Shown: one piece after another, positions 19,132 to 30,168 of the stretch
Numbering within the stretch: the first letter of the stretch is position 1
How the letters are laid out: each line of letters starts with the position of its first letter
Source: Spirochaetia bacterium
GTDB taxonomy: Bacteria > Spirochaetota > Spirochaetia > UBA9216
Reading direction: 5' to 3'
Assembly: GCA_963675665.1 (NCBI GenBank)
Contig: OY776510.1
Location: forward strand, 800,001 to 864,000
DNA: 64,000 nucleotides
Position numbers and translations under genes: made by a program
The notes under the pieces: model-generated
What the model saw: the letters and a program-made list of their open reading frames with translations, nothing else
Told to the model about the DNA's origin: nothing
Databases searched by the model: none

Positions 19132-19536
19132 TTAATCTGTAAAATCAACCTTTATATTCAATTCTTTACTTATCCGGCTTATTAAATCTTCAGTAAATTC
19201 AAGAATACTTTTAATTTCCTGCTTTTCGGGCAGGATCCTCTCTGAAACAGGATATGCTTCTGAAATATGATAGTCTGTTGCAATCGATAAATATCTTGAC
19301 TCGGTTTCATTAAGAATTATCTCTGTTTCAACATAATCAAATAGCTCAAATAAATCATGTGTTTTCAGTATTTTTTTATTTCTGTAAGCTGAAAAAGATT
19401 TCAGCGCAATCTCAATTGAATAGTGTAATTCAACTGCAATTACATCGGTATAATGATTTGCATTAAATAAAAGTCTGGCGGAACTAAAATGATGCCAAGC
19501 CTTTACAAGCCATTCTCTAGCTGCGGCTTCGTTCAT
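19132..19536 (-). CDS. HEPN domain protein
   Basis: EWLVKA, HYSIEIALK, KTHDL, AYP; overlaps the MNT gene. Confidence 0.85.
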   Translation of the reverse strand: MNEAAAREWLVKAWHHFSSARLLFNANHYTDVIAVELHYSIEIALKSFSAYRNKKILKTHDLFELFDYVETEIILNETESRYLSIATDYHISEAYPVSERILPEKQEIKSILEFTEDLISRISKELNIKVDFTD

Positions 19537-19852
19537 ATATTATTCTGCCTTTTTGCACAATATCAACTTTGTAAAAATAATCTTTCCGTTTATTTGAATC
19601 GGTAAACGGACCGGATAAAATATCAAAACCAATTTTATATTTAGAAACCAACTGCCTTAGTTTCAGTCTGGCGTCAATCCGATAGTCTCTTAGCCTTTTT
19701 GCGTCCAAACCATCCTTGAAAATAAACAGATCAATATCGCTGTCTTCATCCGGCTTTCCATAAGCATAACTTCCGAATAATACTATTTTATCAGGTTCAA
19801 GAGATTTCAGATTCTCAATAATTTCAGGTTTAATTTTCTCAATATCAATCAT
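19517..19852 (-). CDS. minimal nucleotidyltransferase (MNT) antitoxin
   Basis: LFGSYAYG...SDIDL; start moved to MIDIEK. Confidence 0.85.
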   Translation of the reverse strand: MIDIEKIKPEIIENLKSLEPDKIVLFGSYAYGKPDEDSDIDLFIFKDGLDAKRLRDYRIDARLKLRQLVSKYKIGFDILSGPFTDSNKRKDYFYKVDIVQKGRIIYERSRS

Positions 19853-19898
19853 ATCTATTGTTATTATATCTCTCAAACTATGCAATTTAAAGCAGAAA

Positions 19899-20405
19899 TC
19901 AAACAAACACATCCTGCAGAAACAGGACGCCGTCTTTCTTTTCCGCAGCATCGGGAATATAGGTCTCTGCATACAGCATGAACGTTTTATCATTAATATC
20001 ATTGTCGCTTCGCACAAGTTTAAGGTTGTGCTGCATACAAAGATATTCGACAATAAAGTCCACATCGCTTGATCCTATCAGAACAAGACCGTTATAACCG
20101 CTTGTCTGAATCTGCAAAATCAGCTGCTCTATCTTGTCCTTATACTCGGCTACGTTTTTCAGTGTACGTTTAAAATAACGGTAACTGCGCCGCGTTATCT
20201 CTTCCATTCCCGCCGGCGTAACTGCATAACGAATATTCCGGTTGTTGACCTTTCTGATTGTAAGCCATCCCTTCTGAACCAGCCGTTTTAATACGGCATT
20301 AGTCATGCCGAGAGACATTCCGGAGTTGCGTGCAAGTTCTCTCTGGCTCAGGCTTGAAGAGTTATTATTAATGTTTGTGAGAATTTCTAGTTCTTTTTCG
20401 TTCAT
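19899..20405 (-). CDS. winged-helix MarR-like regulator (EPS-associated type)
   Basis: SQRELA..GMSLGMTNAVLKRLVQKG, YAVTPAG. Confidence 0.85.
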   Translation of the reverse strand: MNEKELEILTNINNNSSSLSQRELARNSGMSLGMTNAVLKRLVQKGWLTIRKVNNRNIRYAVTPAGMEEITRRSYRYFKRTLKNVAEYKDKIEQLILQIQTSGYNGLVLIGSSDVDFIVEYLCMQHNLKLVRSDNDINDKTFMLYAETYIPDAAEKKDGVLFLQDVFV

Positions 20406-20611
20406 GGATTAGATTTTCAAAAATGCACAGCAGGGCCGGTCCGTCCAAATCATATTTTTTTGATACGGATTGCTTCAGTAAGGCATATCATATTGCCTCA
20501 GTCTGTCCGGATAATTCAGTTTGTGTTTCTCCGGACATCAGCCCAAAACCTGCACAGTCGCCGCCGAAACTGGCTGAAAGGCATAAGGATTGGTATAACC
20601 ATCAACTTTTG

Positions 20612-20721
20612 TGTTCGTTGCGTGAACAATTATATACCCAATACGGATTATTTCAAGCGGATTAGATAAAATAGTGGCAAATTTATACTGTTTTTGCATG
20701 TTTTTGTTCGAATCTTGAACA
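20612..20721 (-). promoter_or_regulatory. sigma70 promoter bracketed by two TGTTCG-N5-TGAACA operators
   Basis: Palindromes at 20612-20628 and 20705-20721; minus-strand TTGAAA (20651-56) and TATAAT (20629-34). Confidence 0.6.
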
Positions 20722-20731
20722 AACGAGAGCG

Positions 20732-21310
20732 TTATTTTCCTTCAGCAGATAAAAACAGCTCCTTAAGAGAAAGAACAAACCCGTCGAGCACACGGCTTTC
20801 AAGATTTTCATTAGTGGAAAGATGTTCCGGCTTAAGGAATTTATCGCCGGAACGGGTAAACTGCATTACTTCAGGCAGATCCGGATTAATTATCCAGTAT
20901 TCTCGTACTCCGTGTTTTTCATAAATAAGTCTTTTTTCCGTCTCGTCTTTATAGGCAGTTGATTCGGACAGTATTTCTACAACCAGATCCGGGGCGCCGT
21001 TGCAGCCTTTTTCATCTATCTTGTCTTTATCACAAACAACAAGCAGATCAGGCTGAACAACGGTTTCTTCATCAAGTTTAACATCAAAGGGCGCTGAAAA
21101 GGCCTCGCATTTTTTCCCTTTCAGAAAATCATAAATATGATTAAAAATAAATCCTGAAAGTCTTTGATGTGCTGTTTTCGGTGCCGGGCTCATGCTGTAC
21201 GCAACACCGTTAATAAGCTCCCACCGTTCGTTATTCGGCCAATTGAGATAATCCGAATAAGTGTACTTTTCGTTTTTCTTGGGGCTTGTGCCCGGGAGAT
21301 AATCAGCCAT
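20732..21310 (-). CDS. Uma2 family restriction-endonuclease-like protein
   Basis: WELINGVAY.MSPAP, VQPDL, PDLVVEILS, YEKHGVREYWI. Confidence 0.9.
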   Translation of the reverse strand: MADYLPGTSPKKNEKYTYSDYLNWPNNERWELINGVAYSMSPAPKTAHQRLSGFIFNHIYDFLKGKKCEAFSAPFDVKLDEETVVQPDLLVVCDKDKIDEKGCNGAPDLVVEILSESTAYKDETEKRLIYEKHGVREYWIINPDLPEVMQFTRSGDKFLKPEHLSTNENLESRVLDGFVLSLKELFLSAEGK

Positions 21311-21340
21311 ATGAATATTATAACTGTAAATTACGGTATT

Positions 21341-21701
21341 TTACAACACAAAGCGCCGCCATTCCGCCCGGGCCCCCTGAAAATTGATTAAATAACCCAA
21401 TCTATACCCGCTAATATGAAGATAATTTAGAAGTTGTGCTTCATGTGCAGAATTGAAAGCCTTAACTGATTTGAGCTCAAGAATTACCTTGTTTTCAACT
21501 GTTAAATCTGCGTAGTATTCACCAACCTGTTCTTTTTTATAGAACACATTAAACGGCGCATTATAAGTAACTGAAAGCCCCAGAGTTTTAAGCTCATAAA
21601 ATAACGCATTATGATAACACTGTTCAAGAAGGCCATCCTAAAGATTTATGCACCTTTATAACCGCATCGATAATCTGTTTTGAAATTGCCGGATACAACA
21701 T
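21341..21701 (-). pseudogene. GxxExxY (PD-(D/E)xK) nuclease, frameshifted
   Basis: MLYPAISKQIIDAVIKVHKSLG, frameshift near 21636, then GLLEQCY...YADL.VENKVILELK...QLLNYL. Confidence 0.8.
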
Positions 21702-21958
21702 ACCCTCACCTCCTGTTTTTAGTTTACAGGAAACCTGAAAACGACGAAGACTCAAGGCTTTGAAAATGAGAAACATTTTCAAACTTGCTTCAGCCTTGAA
21801 TCTGAGGAGTGAAAGGTAAAATTAAAAAGACAGGAGAAAAAATATAAACTTCTGTCGTGTTTAATCATTTTGTCCATAAAGCATATTTACGGCTATATTT
21901 GAAAATCATCATTTTTTAATTAAAACAGTCGTGGCTATATAAATATCATGAATTTAAA

Positions 21959-23770
21959 TCACCAGGCCTTGAAAATAACGCCTTTTTCCTGAAGCTTCTG
22001 TATCACTATCTCGCAGGCTTCGGACGCCGCCTGGCCATCCGTGAAATAATAATCATAGTTGATATCCGTGGTAACTTCCCGTCCGACCCAGAGCGTTTCG
22101 ATATTCTCGGGATCAACTACAGTTTTTATAATTTCCAGTTCTTCCTGGTTTAAATCTATCGCTGTTACTATCAGGATCAGGCCCGTGTCCATCAACAGAT
22201 ATGAAACCTCGGCAAGGCGCCTTATATGTTCGCGTCTTGTTTCCCCGTTTCCTCCGGCGTTCTTGATATCGGCATCAACGCCGTACAGCACATTTCCGAT
22301 TCCAAGAAAATATACATACTTGCCGTTATTAAACAACTGTTCTTCCAGCTGCTTTGCAATCGTCTTTTTTCCGGTGTCTTTGCCGCCTGTAATGATAATC
22401 AGGTGCTGCTTCTGGTTATACCTGCCGGCACGATCCGATGGGTTTATAAAACTTTTTTCCCACTTGAAATTACGCAGCATTACCTTGTCGCGAATTTCAG
22501 CGCTGCTGTCGGGAAGGTCTTCACGTATAATGCCGCCCCCGGCTATTTCGTATTCATCAACTATTACAAAGCGGCCGGTTCCTTCAAATTCCGAGGCCAG
22601 ATCAAAAGCCGCCGGACTTTTGAGTTTCAGAATACATTCCGCCACATCGTTACGGTTTATCTGTTTCGGTTTCTCATTTACACCGAGATTCGAGGCGTCG
22701 ATAACAACGGAAATTTCTTCAACACGGGCCGGAATTTTAAGCGTTCCGCACTTAAACAGGTATTCACGATCGGTTGTCAACGGTTTTCGGCCGAGCCAGA
22801 AAAGATTCACCCTGAGCCTGCTTGATACCCGTGGCGCCTGCTCATCGGCCTTTACGGCGATCTCTCCCCGGCGGATATAAATCTGTTCTTCAAGCGTGAA
22901 CGCAACGGCCTGACCTTCACTGACATGCGATCTTTCTTCGGAAACATTGAACTCCTCAAAGCTGCCGACCCGGCTTCGTTTACCCGAAGGATAAAAAACA
23001 ACCTCGTCGCCCAAACTGAGACGGCCGGTTTCAACCGTTCCCGCAACAACGCGGCGGCTATCGCCGAAACCGGTAAATTTATAGATATCCTGAACAGGCA
23101 TTCTGAACGGTTTGCCTGATTTTTCAGCTTCCTTTTTAAAACCGTCGAGAGATTCAAGCACGGTCGCGCCGTTGTACCAGCCCATATTACCGCCGAGTGA
23201 TGCTACCGAATCTCCCTTCATCCCGCTCACCGGGATAAAATCAGCAGCCTCTGCGCCCATTTCAGACAGAAAACTGCTGTATTCTTTCCTGATCTGACGG
23301 AACACGGCTTCGTCATACCCGACAAGGTCCATCTTGTTTACCAGAACTACAATCTGTTTTATGCCCAGCATCGAAATCATGTAGCCGTGACGGCGGGAAT
23401 TTTCCTGTACACCCTCATCTGCATCAATAACAAGAAGCGCGCATTCGGCCCGGCTGGCGCCGGTTACCATGTTTTTCAGGAACTCAATGTGACCGGGAGC
23501 ATCAATAATAATGTAATCCCGTTTCGCCGTTTTAAAAAAAACCCTGGCTGCATCGATAGTGATACCCTGCGCCTGTTCGTCTTTCAGCGCGTCAAGCAGA
23601 AAAGCATACTCAAACGGCTTTGAATTGCGTTCGCAGTTAGCCCGCACAGCCTCAAGTTTTCCGTTCGGAAGGCTGTTTGTATCTGCCAGCAGTCGCCCTA
23701 TTACGGTGCTTTTGCCGTGATCAACATGACCGGCTATTACAATATTCATCTGTTGTCGCAGCTCTTTCAT
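21959..23770 (-). CDS. cysN: sulfate adenylyltransferase large subunit with degenerate APS-kinase domain
   Basis: [23 protein letters not shown]; C-terminal kinase-like domain with altered P-loop GGKDTGK. Confidence 0.9.
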   Translation of the reverse strand: MKELRQQMNIVIAGHVDHGKSTVIGRLLADTNSLPNGKLEAVRANCERNSKPFEYAFLLDALKDEQAQGITIDAARVFFKTAKRDYIIIDAPGHIEFLKNMVTGASRAECALLVIDADEGVQENSRRHGYMISMLGIKQIVVLVNKMDLVGYDEAVFRQIRKEYSSFLSEMGAEAADFIPVSGMKGDSVASLGGNMGWYNGATVLESLDGFKKEAEKSGKPFRMPVQDIYKFTGFGDSRRVVAGTVETGRLSLGDEVVFYPSGKRSRVGSFEEFNVSEERSHVSEGQAVAFTLEEQIYIRRGEIAVKADEQAPRVSSRLRVNLFWLGRKPLTTDREYLFKCGTLKIPARVEEISVVIDASNLGVNEKPKQINRNDVAECILKLKSPAAFDLASEFEGTGRFVIVDEYEIAGGGIIREDLPDSSAEIRDKVMLRNFKWEKSFINPSDRAGRYNQKQHLIIITGGKDTGKKTIAKQLEEQLFNNGKYVYFLGIGNVLYGVDADIKNAGGNGETRREHIRRLAEVSYLLMDTGLILIVTAIDLNQEELEIIKTVVDPENIETLWVGREVTTDINYDYYFTDGQAASEACEIVIQKLQEKGVIFKAW

Positions 23771-24651
23771 TACATGTAACCCCCGCGGCGCAGCGTCTCA
23801 AGGCCTCCGCCGTCTTCCTTGTCCTGCTCACGGCCGGATCTCTCCGCAATATTGGTCAATTTGCCTGTCGACAATTCCTCTATTATTTCATCTACATTAC
23901 GTGCTTCGCTCTCTATCGGCGAGGTACAGGGCCAGCAGCCTAGACTGCGGTACCGTTTTCCGTCGCCCTGGTTGTAATACAGAGAGACAGTAGGAATGTT
24001 TTCCCTTTTTATGTATTCCCAGATATTCAACTCCGTCCAGTCGAGAAGAGGATGAACACGTACATGAGTGCCCGGAGCAAAGTCCGTTTTAAACTGGTTC
24101 CAGAACTCCGGAGGCTGATCTCCGACATCCCATTCGTTTTGTTCGTCGCGCGGCGAAAAATAACGTTCCTTGCTTCGGGACCCTTCTTCGTCGGCGCGGG
24201 CGCCTACTATTACCCCGGTGTAAGCTTCGGTATTTGAGTCCGTCTCATAAGCGCCCCTGTCGTGGTTCATCCTGAACCGTCTTCCGGTCCCGTCAAGTGT
24301 GCGTCGGAGAGCTTCCGTTTTTAACAGGGAACAGCATGTTACACGGTCGACGTTGCCGTCGGGAAAAGTCCTCTTTTCCTCAAGGGCAAGACTGTTTTCT
24401 CCGTAAACCATGTTAAGACCCCATTCCAGGGCCAGCCTGTCGCGGTATTCGATCATCTCGGGAATTTTGTAATGCGTATCAATATGAACCAGCGGAAAGG
24501 GCACATGCCCGAGAAACGCCTTGCGTGCTAGCCAGAGAAGCACTGTGCTGTCCTTCCCGATTGACCAGAGCATTGCGAGATTTTTAAAATTTGCATAGGA
24601 TTCGCGCAGAATATATATACTCGTCTGTTCAAGATGCTCAAGATAATCCAA
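23770..24651 (-). CDS. cysD: sulfate adenylyltransferase small subunit
   Basis: [25 protein letters not shown] end; TTG start after AAGGAG. Confidence 0.93.
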   Translation of the reverse strand: MDYLEHLEQTSIYILRESYANFKNLAMLWSIGKDSTVLLWLARKAFLGHVPFPLVHIDTHYKIPEMIEYRDRLALEWGLNMVYGENSLALEEKRTFPDGNVDRVTCCSLLKTEALRRTLDGTGRRFRMNHDRGAYETDSNTEAYTGVIVGARADEEGSRSKERYFSPRDEQNEWDVGDQPPEFWNQFKTDFAPGTHVRVHPLLDWTELNIWEYIKRENIPTVSLYYNQGDGKRYRSLGCWPCTSPIESEARNVDEIIEELSTGKLTNIAERSGREQDKEDGGGLETLRRGGYM

Positions 24652-24703
24652 TACCTTCTCCTTCCGTATCAACGTCCCGCATGAACACGGGCCGGGATTT
24701 AAA

Positions 24704-25297
24704 TTACATGGAAATATTTTTAATTACTTCATTAAAAACCAGTTCCACAGCCTCATCGACCGAAGTCAGAGACGTATCAATGGTTATTTCGGGCTCCTCG
24801 GGCGGTTCGTAAGGGGCGGATATTCCCGTAAACTCCTCAATCCCGCCTGCTCGCGCTTTTTTATAAAGGCCTTTGGGATCTCTTGATTCCGCTGTTTCGA
24901 GCGGACAGGAAATATAAACTTCAAAAAATCTGCCGTCAGGAACCTTTTTTCTTGCTGCCGCACGATCGCTTCGATAGGGAGAAATGAAAGCCGTAATTAC
25001 TGCAAGACCTGCGTCTGCAAATAAAGCTGCTGCTTCTCCTATCCTTCGAATGTTCTCGGCCCGGGCTTCAGGCGAAAAACCCAGGTCCGAGTTCAGCCCG
25101 CAACGTATATTGTCCCCGTCGAGAACATAGGTATGAATACCGGCCCTGTTCAGCCTGAGATCAAGCGCGTGGGCTATCGTTGATTTTCCCGAGCCGGAGA
25201 GACCGGTAAACCAAAGAACAAGGCCCTTGTGTCCGTTCAGTTTTTCCCGCATCTCTGCAGTAACGCTGAAATGGTGCGGAATAATATTTTTACCCAT
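24704..25297 (-). CDS. cysC: adenylyl-sulfate kinase
   Basis: [35 protein letters not shown]. Confidence 0.95.
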   Translation of the reverse strand: MGKNIIPHHFSVTAEMREKLNGHKGLVLWFTGLSGSGKSTIAHALDLRLNRAGIHTYVLDGDNIRCGLNSDLGFSPEARAENIRRIGEAAALFADAGLAVITAFISPYRSDRAAARKKVPDGRFFEVYISCPLETAESRDPKGLYKKARAGGIEEFTGISAPYEPPEEPEITIDTSLTSVDEAVELVFNEVIKNISM

Positions 25298-25416
25298 AAA
25301 ATAATCCTGTAAGCAGGATTATAACAAAGATGAAAAATATTCAACAGGTGTTTTATAAATTTCTGTTTAATAATCTCAACCTTGAAAAAAAGGTTTTTTT
25401 CGGACATATTTAAGCA

Positions 25417-26397
25417 ATGGATAAACTGCAGGTATACGGAATCGGAAACGTTCTTATTGATATTGTATCGGGGGCAGCGGACGAAGACCTTGCCCGGTTA
25501 GGGCTTGATAAGGGAATCATGAAGCTTGTTGAGGGAAAGGAGCGCGACCGCATTGTTGAGTTCATCAGCAGCCGAAACAGCGAATACCATTGCGGCGGCT
25601 CCGCGCCGAATACGATTATATCCCTTGCACAGCTCGGTATTAAAACTGCTCTTTCCGGAAAGATCGGCCGGGATGATTTCGGCGACCGCTATGAGAAACA
25701 GCTGGCTGAACATGGTGTACAGTCCTTTCTTGTCAGGGCCGACGGCAATACCGGGTCCAGCATTATTCTTGTCAGTCCCGATTCGGAACGAACCATGAAT
25801 ACAAGCCTTGAAAACAATCAGAAATACAATAAAGACGATGTTCAGGAGGATGCCGTACGCAATGCCCGGTACCTTTATTTTACCGGGTATATGTGGGACA
25901 CGGACAGCCAGAAGAAAGCCCTTCTTAAAGCAATTGCAATAGCGGAAGAAGCCGGCACAAAGATTGTTTTTGACGCTGCCGACCCCTTTGCCGTAAAGCG
26001 CAGCGCTGGCGAATTCTGCAGGCTGATAGAAAAACACTTCGATATTGTTCTTGCAAACGCTGAAGAGGCGCGCCTGATGTTCGGCAGCGGGGATTTAACA
26101 TTCTGCACCGAAAAGCTCGCCTCTATCTGTGATATTGCTGTTGTGAAGAACGGTTCTGCCGGATCGATGGTGAAATCCGGCGGGAATTCGTTTGATATCC
26201 CCGTATACAAGGCCAATGCCGTAGACACTACCGGCGCCGGAGACATATACGCAGCGGGCTTTCTTTACGGCCTTTGCAGCGGAAAAACCCTGGCGGAAAG
26301 CGGAAACATTGCCTCAAAACTTGCCGCCGGCATTGTTGAACAGACAGGCGCCCAGTTTTCCGCTGAAAAGATAGAAGAAATCAGAAAAAGGCTCTGA
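25417..26397 (+). CDS. PfkB-family kinase (adenosine kinase-like)
   Basis: GIGNVLID, GGSAPNT, DTTGAGDIYAAGF. Confidence 0.85.
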   Translation: MDKLQVYGIGNVLIDIVSGAADEDLARLGLDKGIMKLVEGKERDRIVEFISSRNSEYHCGGSAPNTIISLAQLGIKTALSGKIGRDDFGDRYEKQLAEHGVQSFLVRADGNTGSSIILVSPDSERTMNTSLENNQKYNKDDVQEDAVRNARYLYFTGYMWDTDSQKKALLKAIAIAEEAGTKIVFDAADPFAVKRSAGEFCRLIEKHFDIVLANAEEARLMFGSGDLTFCTEKLASICDIAVVKNGSAGSMVKSGGNSFDIPVYKANAVDTTGAGDIYAAGFLYGLCSGKTLAESGNIASKLAAGIVEQTGAQFSAEKIEEIRKRL

Positions 26398-26401
26398 AGT
26401 A

Positions 26402-28300
26402 ATCGAGTAGGCAGAAATCAATAAATTTCTGCCTCTCACACCACCGTACGTACCGTTCGGTATACGGCGGTTCAACCAAATAGACTGTGGTACCTCAAAT
26501 CAAGTACCACCCGATCAGCCTCCATGCGTTTCGTATGGAGTTTCTTGTAGAAATCCAGAGCATCTAACAACCCAAAGTGATTATGAATTATATCGTTCTT
26601 CAACAGAGGATTCATAACACCGGCCATTTTCCAATAAGAGTTGCTTCCAAGTTTCCAATGGCTCAGAACAGAATCACTAACGCCTAATTGTCTCAAACGA
26701 TGTTTTCTATTCCTTCCGGTTTTCCACTGTTTCCAAAGATATTGGCGAATGCGTCTTCTTGTCCACTCCACCAACCTTTCGAGGTAGTTTTTCATGGAGC
26801 TTCTTGCGAAGTATCCTATCCATCCTCTGAACATGCTGTTAAGCTCTTTAATAACCGTTTCAATCTTTACTCCTCTGTTACGTCGGGTAATTAGTCTGAT
26901 ACGGTCTTCGAGCTTCTTAAGTTTCTTCTTTTGAGGATAGACTATTCCTAATATTTCCTGTTTCCCGTAGGTCAAGAAGGTGAATCCGAGGAAGGAAGAG
27001 CCCGCGGCTTTTCGCGCCTCTGTCTTTTCCATATTCACTTTAAGTTTTAATTTTCGCTCAAGATAGCTTTTCACACTATCTCTCACCCGGTAAGAAGACC
27101 TCTTGCTCTTTGTGAAGATGTTACAGTCATCTGCGTACCTGACAAAACGTAATCCCCGCTTTTCCAATTCCTTGTCATACGGGGTTAGATAAATATTTGA
27201 CAGTAGTGGAGACAGCGGTCCCCCCTGAGGTGTTCCCAAGGCTGTGGCCATCATACTTCCATCCGTCATCACTCCGCTTTTTAAGAATACGTAGATGAGC
27301 CTCCTGATGTCCTTATCGTCCATGTGTTTGTCTATCAAACTCATTAGGATGTCATGGTTTACAGTGTCGAAGAACTTGGATAAATCCAAATCAACTACAT
27401 GGGTGTATCCTTCGGACATGTAGGTCTGGGCGAGTCGAACCGCATCTTCTGCGCTTCTGTTCGGTCGAAACCCAAAACTAAAGTCGCTGAAAGTCGGTTC
27501 AAACACCGGAGTTAAAACCTGAACCATAGCCTGTTGGATTACACGGTCTATTACCGTGGGGATCCCCAGAAGTCGTACGCCCCCGTTGTCTTTTGGTATT
27601 TCTACTCGCAGTACTGGTTTTGGTTTGTACTTCCTGCTCAAAATCTGCCTGCATATTTCAGGATAGTTCGCCTCGAAGTATTTCGGGAGTTCTTCTACTC
27701 CCATTCCATCCACTCCACAGGCACCTTTATTTGCCATCACCTTTCTGACAGCTTCCTGAATATTTGCAGGGGAAATCAGTTGTTCGCATAGATTGGTATT
27801 CGGTATTAACTTGTCGTCCTTTCTCATGTGTTCCTTTCTACTCTGAATTATCCCCTGTGAAGACTTTTTTTTTCGTCGTTCGGATTATCAGGTAGGCCTT
27901 TCCGCTTTGAAAGGTATTTGATTGTTCAGCCCTTCATGATGTTTCCTCATCACTACTATGGCTTCTGCTGACTTCTCATGGCAAGCTTTACTCCGTCTAT
28001 AATAAGCGATATTGCAGCCTAAGACGTCCATGAGACCTCCCCCGTTAAGGATAATGACTTTCCTTCCATGTAACCGCCACATTTACTTCATCAGTTGTAG
28101 TGCGGATTTCGTCACTTTTAGCAAACTCGTCCACTGATAAAGCCTTATATGTGATTTCTGTTCGTCGGTTCGGAAATTTGCCTCATGCTTCCTTCAGACC
28201 CAGCCTCACGACTACGCCCTTGCTGTCAGCTAACAGTTTCTTTAACACTACCACCTGTAACGGACTCTCACCGTCAAGTCATTACCCATGCAGGGCAAAC
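26402..28300 (-). mobile_element. group IIC intron (full length, about 1.9 kb)
   Basis: 5' GTTTG at 28300 directly after a terminator; short DV gaaccgccgtataccgaacggtacgtacggtggtgtgag; DVI hairpin ending ...actcgAT at 26402. Confidence 0.92.
26472..27827 (-). CDS. ltrA: group II intron reverse transcriptase/maturase (no endonuclease domain)
   Basis: RLLGIPT..DR, SFGFRP, DLSKFFD, GTPQGGPLSP, RYADD, RGWIGYF. Confidence 0.95.
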   Translation of the reverse strand: MRKDDKLIPNTNLCEQLISPANIQEAVRKVMANKGACGVDGMGVEELPKYFEANYPEICRQILSRKYKPKPVLRVEIPKDNGGVRLLGIPTVIDRVIQQAMVQVLTPVFEPTFSDFSFGFRPNRSAEDAVRLAQTYMSEGYTHVVDLDLSKFFDTVNHDILMSLIDKHMDDKDIRRLIYVFLKSGVMTDGSMMATALGTPQGGPLSPLLSNIYLTPYDKELEKRGLRFVRYADDCNIFTKSKRSSYRVRDSVKSYLERKLKLKVNMEKTEARKAAGSSFLGFTFLTYGKQEILGIVYPQKKKLKKLEDRIRLITRRNRGVKIETVIKELNSMFRGWIGYFARSSMKNYLERLVEWTRRRIRQYLWKQWKTGRNRKHRLRQLGVSDSVLSHWKLGSNSYWKMAGVMNPLLKNDIIHNHFGLLDALDFYKKLHTKRMEADRVVLDLRYHSLFG

Positions 28301-28337
28301 TAAAAAAACCGCCGTAAGCCCTGGCTTGCGGCGGTTG
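28301..28337 (-). terminator. intrinsic terminator of aspS, also the intron target
   Basis: aaccgccgcaagc-cagg-gcttacggcggtt followed by a T run. Confidence 0.85.
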
Positions 28338-28392
28338 AAATCATACGAAAGTATTTTGTTTTTTCTGTAAACTGCTGTCTTTAGAAATACCC

Positions 28393-30168
28393 TTAATCTT
28401 CTTCGATGACCGACAGCTCAAGACCCAGCTCTTCAAGCTGTTCGTCCGAAACAGTTCCCGGCGCTTCCGACATCAGGCATGTGGCTTTCTGAGTTTTCGG
28501 AAAAGCGATAACGTCGCGGATTGAATCTGTTCCCAGAAACAGCATCATTATCCTGTCCAGACCGAGGGCAAGTCCCGCATGCGGCGGCGCGCCGAACTTG
28601 AGAGCATCCAGCAGAAAACCGAATTTTTCCTTTGCGTCCTCGTCGCCGATTCCGAGCAGACTGAAAATCTTCTGCTGCATTTCCCCGTCGTGGATTCTCA
28701 CCGATCCTCCGCCGATCTCGTTTCCGTTGAGAACAAGGTCGTAGGCGTTGGTTTTAACAGCAAAAACATCAGTATCAAGAAGGTGTTCGTCTTCAGGCCG
28801 CGGGGCAGTAAACGGGTGGTGTACCGAGGTGGGATTTCCTTCATCGTCTTTTTCAAACAGCGGAAAATCTATAACCCAGCTGTAGTTCAGTTCTTTTTCA
28901 TCAATAAGACCGAGTTTTTTACCCATCAGATCGCGCAGCGCCGCAAGGCTCTGGCAGACAACCTTTTCCTGGTCCGCAAGAAAAATCAGAACGTCGCCTG
29001 TTTCAGCGCCTGTTTTTTCAAAAAGAGCCGTTTTTTCCTCTTCGCTGAAAAACTTGACAATCGGAGACTGCGGTCCGTCTGCATTCATCTTAATCCATGC
29101 AACACCCTTGGCACGGTAGTTCTTTACATAGGGAGTCATATCGTCCAGGTCTTTTCTGCTTAGTTTATCCGCCGCGCCTTTAAGGTTAATTGATCTGACA
29201 AATCCTCCGGCGGCAATGGCGTTTTTAAATACTCCGAAACCGGAATCCTTAAATACATCCGAACATTCTATAATTTCAAGATCGAATCTCAAATCCGGCG
29301 CGTCGCAGCCGTATTTCAGCATGGCTTCGTCATATGTGATCCGCGGAAGCGGAAGCTTGAGGTCCCTGTCGAACAGGTCTTTCATCAGGCTTTTGAAAAG
29401 CCCTTCGAGCATTCCCATAATATCATCTCGGTTGACGAACGACAGTTCAAGGTCAACCTGGGTAAACTCGGGCTGCCTGTCGGCACGCAGGTCTTCATCG
29501 CGGAAACAGCGGGCAATCTGAAAATATCGGTCGAACCCCGCAACCATCAGGATCTGTTTAAACTGCTGAGGAGACTGCGGCAGCGCATAAAAACTTCCCG
29601 GGTTGACCCGGCTCGGAACCAGGTAGTCGCGTGCCCCTTCGGGGGTTGATTTTGTGAGAATGGGCGTTTCAACCTCGACAAATTCATTATCAAGAAAATA
29701 GTTTCTGATCATCCCGGTGACTTTGCTTCTGAAAATCATGTTCTGTTGGAGTCTTTTTCCCCGCAGATCCAGGTAACGGTGCACGAGTCTTGTTTCGGCA
29801 TTAACTTCTTCAGAATGCTGGATATCAAACGGCGGGGTTGCCGATTTATTAAGAAGCTCGAAGCTTTTTACGTACACTTCGATTTCGCCGGTATCCATGT
29901 TCGGATTCGCCATACCTTCCGGACGGGGTCTGACCTCTCCTTCAATAGCAATAACAAACTGGCTGCGAAGCGTATGGGCAACAGCATGCGCATCGGGCGC
30001 AACCTGCGGATCAAAAACAATCTGGGTAAGGCCCCACCTGTCGTAAAGATCAATGAAGGCAACTCCGCCGTGATCGCGGTAATTCTCTACCCATCCGCTC
30101 AGGATAACATCATTACCCTGATTCTTTATTCTTAACTCACCGCAATTATGCGTTCTTTTAAGTTTCAT
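28393..30168 (-). CDS. aspS: aspartyl-tRNA synthetase
   Basis: RTHNCGEL, TPEGARDYLVPSR, LPQSPQ, FRDEDLRADRQPEF, HHPFT, GAPPHAG. Confidence 0.97.
   Translation of the reverse strand: MKLKRTHNCGELRIKNQGNDVILSGWVENYRDHGGVAFIDLYDRWGLTQIVFDPQVAPDAHAVAHTLRSQFVIAIEGEVRPRPEGMANPNMDTGEIEVYVKSFELLNKSATPPFDIQHSEEVNAETRLVHRYLDLRGKRLQQNMIFRSKVTGMIRNYFLDNEFVEVETPILTKSTPEGARDYLVPSRVNPGSFYALPQSPQQFKQILMVAGFDRYFQIARCFRDEDLRADRQPEFTQVDLELSFVNRDDIMGMLEGLFKSLMKDLFDRDLKLPLPRITYDEAMLKYGCDAPDLRFDLEIIECSDVFKDSGFGVFKNAIAAGGFVRSINLKGAADKLSRKDLDDMTPYVKNYRAKGVAWIKMNADGPQSPIVKFFSEEEKTALFEKTGAETGDVLIFLADQEKVVCQSLAALRDLMGKKLGLIDEKELNYSWVIDFPLFEKDDEGNPTSVHHPFTAPRPEDEHLLDTDVFAVKTNAYDLVLNGNEIGGGSVRIHDGEMQQKIFSLLGIGDEDAKEKFGFLLDALKFGAPPHAGLALGLDRIMMLFLGTDSIRDVIAFPKTQKATCLMSEAPGTVSDEQLEELGLELSVIEED

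Noticed and set aside
26472-27827. Reverse transcriptase as a retron, DGR or defence RT
   Set aside because: Maturase domain, DV/DVI and terminator-adjacent insertion identify a group IIC intron
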